Of a DNA stretch of 64,000 nt, positions 58,154 to 64,000 are shown piece after piece (positions within the stretch are counted from its first letter, which is position 1; every line of letters starts with the position of its first letter). This stretch comes from Eledone cirrhosa. Taxonomy: Eukaryota. The position numbers were made by a program, and so were the translations under genes. Below the pieces are notes generated by a model, which was not told the DNA's origin, searched no databases, and saw only the letters and a program-made list of their open reading frames with translations. The stretch spans positions 21,682 to 85,681 of the forward strand of contig CAXHJY010000962.1 of assembly GCA_964016885.1 (NCBI GenBank). Reading direction: 5' to 3'.

Positions 58154-58741
58154 CTAAAATACCATATGACCACTAAGCTGGGAATGAAACATAGAATAAG
58201 CGCAATCCATATTTTAACCAGAGAGATAGATGTAGTTGTTTGAGGAAAATAACAACAGTAAATATTCCCCATAGATTTGCTAGCGTCAGTAAATTGATAA
58301 TTAAAGACTAATAGTTTGCTACAAAGATATTGAGGCAGCAAATTGCCAAACTCGTTAGAGCGTCGCATATAATGCCTCGCGGCTTTTGATTCAGCTCTCC
58401 ATGCTCTGAATTCAAATAGTCCCATGTGCCTTTACTTATTTGGAGGTCAATAAATAATGTTACAATCTAGTTCTAGAGCGGATCTTTCTATCCCACGCGT
58501 CACACACACTCCCTCTCTCTTAACTCTCTCCTTCGCGTAATATGGCTGTAATCACTGCACACGTGTCTGGAGAGAAATGGTCTCTACACGGTCTAAAGTG
58601 CATAACGCAGTATATCTCGAGCGAGACCCTTAGACTGTATCAGGAGTCCAATGCCAATGGATGGCTGGATTGAAATATTATTTTAAATTGGATTAATCTT
58701 CTATGTACTTCCATGAAATATGTCCACAAAAATATAGAAAT

Positions 58742-58863
58742 AATTGTTTCTACTTTAGGCACAAGGCCAGAAATTAACCAGTGCATTACTGGTACTTTAT
58801 TTTATCGACCACGTAAGGATGAAAGGCAAAGTCAACCTCGGCGGGATTTGAACTCAGATCGTA
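58742..58863 (-). mobile_element. SINE, 5'-truncated
   Basis: Reverse complement of the consensus 3' two-thirds. Confidence 0.88.
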
Positions 58864-59520
58864 AATATAGAAATAATGACAAATATGAATTGTGAGTTTC
58901 CACAGCTATTATAATTCCTTCATTGTTTATATTTTAATGATAATGTTGCTTTGTCTTAAAGATTTTATACGAACCACCCAATTGGTGGTACGTCTCTCTC
59001 TCATTTACAGTTGACGTTCTTAAATCAATTCAAAGATTTCGTTCTGATAATTTCACCTCCTGTTTCTTACTTTCCTTATCATTACAATTCACAATTATTT
59101 CAAAAGCAACGACAATTGCCATCTTCTCTCTCCTTGAACTATGTTTTCTCTGTTTGTTCTTTCCCCTTCTCAGTAACCCCTTACATTATAGTGGGATTCA
59201 TTGCCTTATTTTGGGCAGAGTAAATTAAAACAAAAGAACCTCCATAGCCTGTTTCACTATTTCCCTACCTTAAGCATATAAGCCCTTTGCAAAAAATTTA
59301 GGATACACATCGCTATATTAAGTCAGATACATAAACTACTACATATGTATTCAAGGTGGTTATACTTCAGCCCCATCTGTCCTAAACTTTTACTAAATAG
59401 TTATTTCTAAGATAAACACAGCCAAACATCAACAGGGAAAAGTAATTCAATAACGTCGTCCTAAGGATTGAACACGTATTTTCTTTTGCCGAACTAAGAT
59501 TGAGTAAATGAAAAACTTAC

Positions 59521-59666
59521 TTCCGAATGGTTTGAACTTCAAATAAAAGAATTCCGAAATGAATAGAATACATTTTGTCAGACAATCCGGCGATTCCTAA
59601 ACAATACACCGGCCTTTCAAACGACAGAAACACAACTACTCTTGTTGGAGTCACCATTACAGTAAA
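59521..59666 (-). other. Candidate spliced exon (146 nt, phase 0-2)
   Basis: tattccag|TTT...GAA|gtaagt; single open frame FTVMVTPTRVVVFLSFERP...EVQTIR; in phase with 58085-58153. Confidence 0.35.
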
Positions 59667-59865
59667 CTGGAATATTTTTAACACATAGCTCGTATGTATG
59701 AACGTGTGTGTATGTGCATGTACATACATTTATATGTATGACAATATAAACATAAACGTACAAACAAACGCACTTACAAAAATACACAATCACAGACATA
59801 CATTGACACAAAGACACATGCACATAGATTTACAAAAACACACATTCACATACACTCACACACAG

Positions 59866-61950
59866 AACGGGAGTATTCCCAGCTCTGTGAGCCGGGGCAT
59901 AGTGACGCTGATAACGAAAGACAAGAACAAGAGGGACACGTTAGATAATTTCAGGCCCATAATCCTGCTCAACACAGAGTCTAAGATTCTAGCCAAAGTG
60001 TTAGCGAAGAGGTTGGCGCTTGTCATCGAGGATTTGGTTGGGGAGGCGCAAACTTACGCAATCCCTACCAGCTACACACACGGCAACATCCACCTCATGC
60101 GATACATAATAGAGAGGGTAGGGTGTAAACCTGGCTTCAGTGGGGCTCTGATCAATTTAGATCAATCGAAAGCATTCAATATGATCGACCATCGATATGT
60201 GGAGGCTGTCCTCAAAGCAGCTGGCTTCGACCCCGTCTTCATAAACTGGATCCCTGCAATGCTCAGCGGCATCTGTTCGGTGGTCAAGGTTAACGGCCAC
60301 CTCTCGGAACCGTTTCAGATCTTCCGATCGGTCCGTCAAGGGTGCCCTCTCCCCTCCCTTCTGTACGTATTGAGTCACGAGCCTTTACTGCGGAAGATGG
60401 AATGTTGCAGGGAATCCCGTTAGAACCGGGACGCGGAAAGGCTGTGTCGGCTTATGCGGACGACATCACAGTGAGATGGTCGGCAACTTATTTGAGGAAT
60501 ATGAAAGGTTGACTGGAGCGAAACTTAACCCGGAAAAGTCGGTGGGCTTGTCTTCGGCACCTGGAGAGGCAAGTCCATTTCGTCCAACACCTTCGTTGGG
60601 CGCTGGACGGACGGACGGGTAGAGTTGCTCTGGGTTTGGTTCGAGCAAGACATCCAGGTGGATAAGAATTAGGACGTGTTGACGGGTAGGGTAGCCGGTC
60701 TCATCCGGAATGGGCTGCGAGGAAGCTATTACTGAAAGATCGGGTGGAGGTGGCGAACGCGTACATCACGTCCGTCATCTACTACCATCTGACCGTCGTC
60801 CCTTGCTCTCGTCCGCGCTTCACCAACTTGGAACGTCTCCTCTTCAAATACTTGTGGATGGGACAGGTTCTGTTGGTGTGGTGGTCCATCTGCTGCAAGC
60901 ACCCTCTACATGGAAGGCAGGGCTTGCCGTGGCTAATTATGCGCAAACATGCGCTGAGGCTGCGGCATCTCCAGATATTTGCTGGTGAAAGGGTGCTTTC
61001 CCAGGTGCTCTAGAAGCAGCGGTTGAAGTGTCGGGTTGTTCAGCATTGGTGGGCTACCTGAGTCAACCCTGGGTGGTTATTCCCCCTATTGGCGAATTTT
61101 TCATTGTTGTATTTTTGTTGTTATATTGTTATTGTTATTTATATTTTTACACGCTATATATGTAAACCCCCACTCTCCCTCTGTCTTTTGTATGGTCCCC
61201 TATAGGTAGGCCCTTATGGCCAATAAATGAAATCATTATTAATAGTAGTATCACAGGCACGGAAGTGCTGTTAGACGGACCCTCCCGAGATGCGCGCAGA
61301 GCGACGAAACCGTTCTGCACGCACTTGTCCAGTGTCCCTGCATTACTGACTTGTAGAGTTATGTCGAACAGCTGTTGTCGCGTGTAGAACTGATGCGGCT
61401 ATCGGCCGAGTCCATAGTGTAGATCGACGCGCCGCCTTCTTTTGGCCAGGATGGGCAGGCAATTTTCCTCTGTCTGGTGGCACTAGCGAAAGATGTTGTA
61501 TGGTGGACGAGGTTGAAAGGACTGAAGACAGACACTTTTCTCTTCGGCCAATCCCTCATCAACTTTTTCAAGTTTCACTTGGAAAGGAAGGTGAGGGTGG
61601 AGAGAGAAGTGCTTCCCCCCAGTACATTTGCTGAAAGGTGGGTGAATGTGGCGAGAATGGCCCGTGTGAGTGGGCCTACTCTGATCATGCGGCTGTATGT
61701 GGGTAAATTTGAGAAGGAGAGAGGTGCCTTTCCAGGGTGCTCTCGAAGAGTCGGGTCGTTCAAGATTGGTGGGGTACCTGAGCGATCCTTGGGTGCTCAT
61801 CCCTCCTATTGGGGGATTTTTCTTGTATTTTTATTGTTACTTTGTTATCGTTATTCATATTATTTACTCGATTTTTCTGTAAAACCCAACTGTCCCAGTC
61901 TTTTGTATTGTCCCCTATATGTCGGCCCTTGAGGCCAATAAATGAAATTA
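59866..61950 (+). mobile_element. L1/Tx1-clade LINE ORF2 remnant with 3' UTR
   Basis: GIVTLITKD..NFRPIILLNTESKILAKVLAKRL, LDQSKAFN, VRQGCPLPSLLYVL, AYADD, C-terminal ETVLHALVQC, AATAAA at ~61937. Confidence 0.9.
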
Positions 61951-61965
61951 TTATTAGTAGTAGGT

Positions 61966-62380
61966 AGGACGGTGGATTGGAAGAATCGGTAGAGCGTCGG
62001 ACACCATGTTTTGCAGCATAGAGTTATGGCCCTTTATGATCTGAGTTCAAATCCCGCCGAGGTAAACTTTGCCATTCATCCTTACGGTGTCAATAAAATA
62101 ATGTACCAGTCACGCACTGGGTTCGATTTAATCGATTTTCACGGCCTCCCCAAATGGCTGGCCTTGTGCCTATATAAGAAACCATTATTAGTAGTAGGTG
62201 GAGTGGCAGTATCGGTAGAGGGTCGGACGCCATGCTTTGCAGCAAAGAGTTACGGCCCTTTATGGTCTGAGTATAATCTCGCCTAGGTTAACTTTGCCTT
62301 TCATCCATATGGGGTCGATACAATAAAGTACCAGTAATACGCTGAGATAATTGGTGGCCTTGTGCCAAAAGTAGAAACAG
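61966..62380 (+). mobile_element. Two tandem SINE copies after the LINE tail
   Basis: Consensus matches; ATTATTAGTAGTAGGT duplicated at ~61950 and ~62185. Confidence 0.88.
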
Positions 62381-62479
62381 TTATTATTAGTATCTGTAGT
62401 AGAAATATTGGCAGCAATATTGGTGGAACGAGATACAATTATAGCAGCAGAAGTGTAGCAGCAGTGGCACAATGGCAAC

Positions 62480-62510
<31 letters not shown>

Positions 62511-62550
62511 TTAGTAGTAGTAGTACCAGTAGTAGTGGTGGTAGTAGTAC

Positions 62551-62583
<33 letters not shown>

Positions 62584-62769
62584 CAGTAGTAGTAGTAGTA
62601 GTGGTGGTAGTAGTTGTAGTAGTAGTAGCAGCAGTAGTCGTAGTAGTAGTAGTAGTATAAAACGATCAATGAATCAAGAGAGAGAGAAAGAGCGAGAGAG
62701 AGAAAGAAAGAAAGAAGGAACAAAAGAAAGAAAGAGAGAGGGAGAGGGAGACACAGAGAGACAGAGAGA

Positions 62770-62809
<40 letters not shown>

Positions 62810-62849
62810 CACAGAGAGACAGAGAAAGAAAGAAAGAGCGAGAGAGAGA

Positions 62850-62896
<47 letters not shown>

Positions 62897-63150
62897 GGTA
62901 GTCCACCCTGTTATGGCTGGGTTGATTCAGAGTAATTTACATATATTTGTTTGTTCAGAGAACAATGAAATCAGGATCGGTTTTCGAGATTTGAAATAGA
63001 TTTGTAATAAATTAACCTCTAGCATGCTGCTGGATACATCAATCTCCACCGATAAATCGATCCTCTGAAACGATCGTAAAACAATGAATTAACTATCTAC
63101 CTACCTCTGATTTCTATCATTTTTTTTCTATGCACAAACACATGTGTAAA

Positions 63151-63210
<60 letters not shown>

Positions 63211-63215
63211 TATAC

Positions 63216-63275
<60 letters not shown>

Positions 63276-63318
63276 ATATATATGTATATATATATAGATA
63301 TATATATGTACATATATT

Positions 63319-63373
<55 letters not shown>

Positions 63374-63425
63374 TATACATATATATTCATATATATATAC
63401 ACATACATACACACACATATATACA

Positions 63426-63460
<35 letters not shown>
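62480..63460. repeat. (GTA)n, (GA)n and (TA)n microsatellites
   Basis: 62480-62657, 62678-62895, 63150-63460. Confidence 0.95.
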
Positions 63461-63891
63461 CCTCCATATATATATTGCCCCCCCCCCCCCCAGCCCCGCC
63501 CCTATCTATATATATAGATATATATATATATTATACACCCAGATTGATGCTAAAACAATGCTAAAACAATAATATTACTGTAAAATGTCGCTTCGTTTCT
63601 AAATATATCGATAGAACTTTAGATAAACTCCTATCTGATTAGTGTCAGAATGGGTGAAGTTTACCCAATATTGTTGTTGAAATTCCTCTAACATAGAAAT
63701 CTTGTTTGCTTTATTTTAAAGAATGGTTTTAGACTGATATGAATTGATATGATATCGAAGACAGATTTTCAATAAACGTGCTTATTGTTTATCATTTCTA
63801 GCTAATCTTCACTAAGTTTTCCCGGAACCTTCCAAAATTATGACACAATGACAGCTGACACATATATGGTAACCACAAGTAGAAAGACGCT

Positions 63892-63941
<50 letters not shown>

Positions 63942-64000
63942 TACATACATATATACATACATATATGTATATATATATATACATAATCGTCTCTCTAGTG

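Overview
AT-rich eukaryotic repeat desert, most likely cephalopod/Octopus (inferred from the tRNA-derived Nin-domain-like SINEs, the very long (TA)n tracts and the LINE mix). I recognise no intact host protein gene. The window holds about 20 copies or fragments of one tRNA-derived SINE, at least four decayed Penelope-like element (PLE) families (RT + C-terminal GIY-YIG), RTE and L1/Tx1 LINE remnants, microsatellites and a 3-kb 48/32-bp satellite. The main signal is more than 20 type I hammerhead-ribozyme (HHR) motifs (CUGANGA...GAAA...UH with paired stems), found by eye. Many sit in short fold-back elements in or beside (TA)n tracts, one HHR per arm, pointing outward, with the fold-back point often at the ribozyme's own stem. 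The satellite looks like an amplified 5' half of such a ribozyme. A few phase-compatible minus-strand exon candidates suggest that all of this may lie in introns of an unrecognised transcript. Folding and homology calls were made by inspection and are untested.
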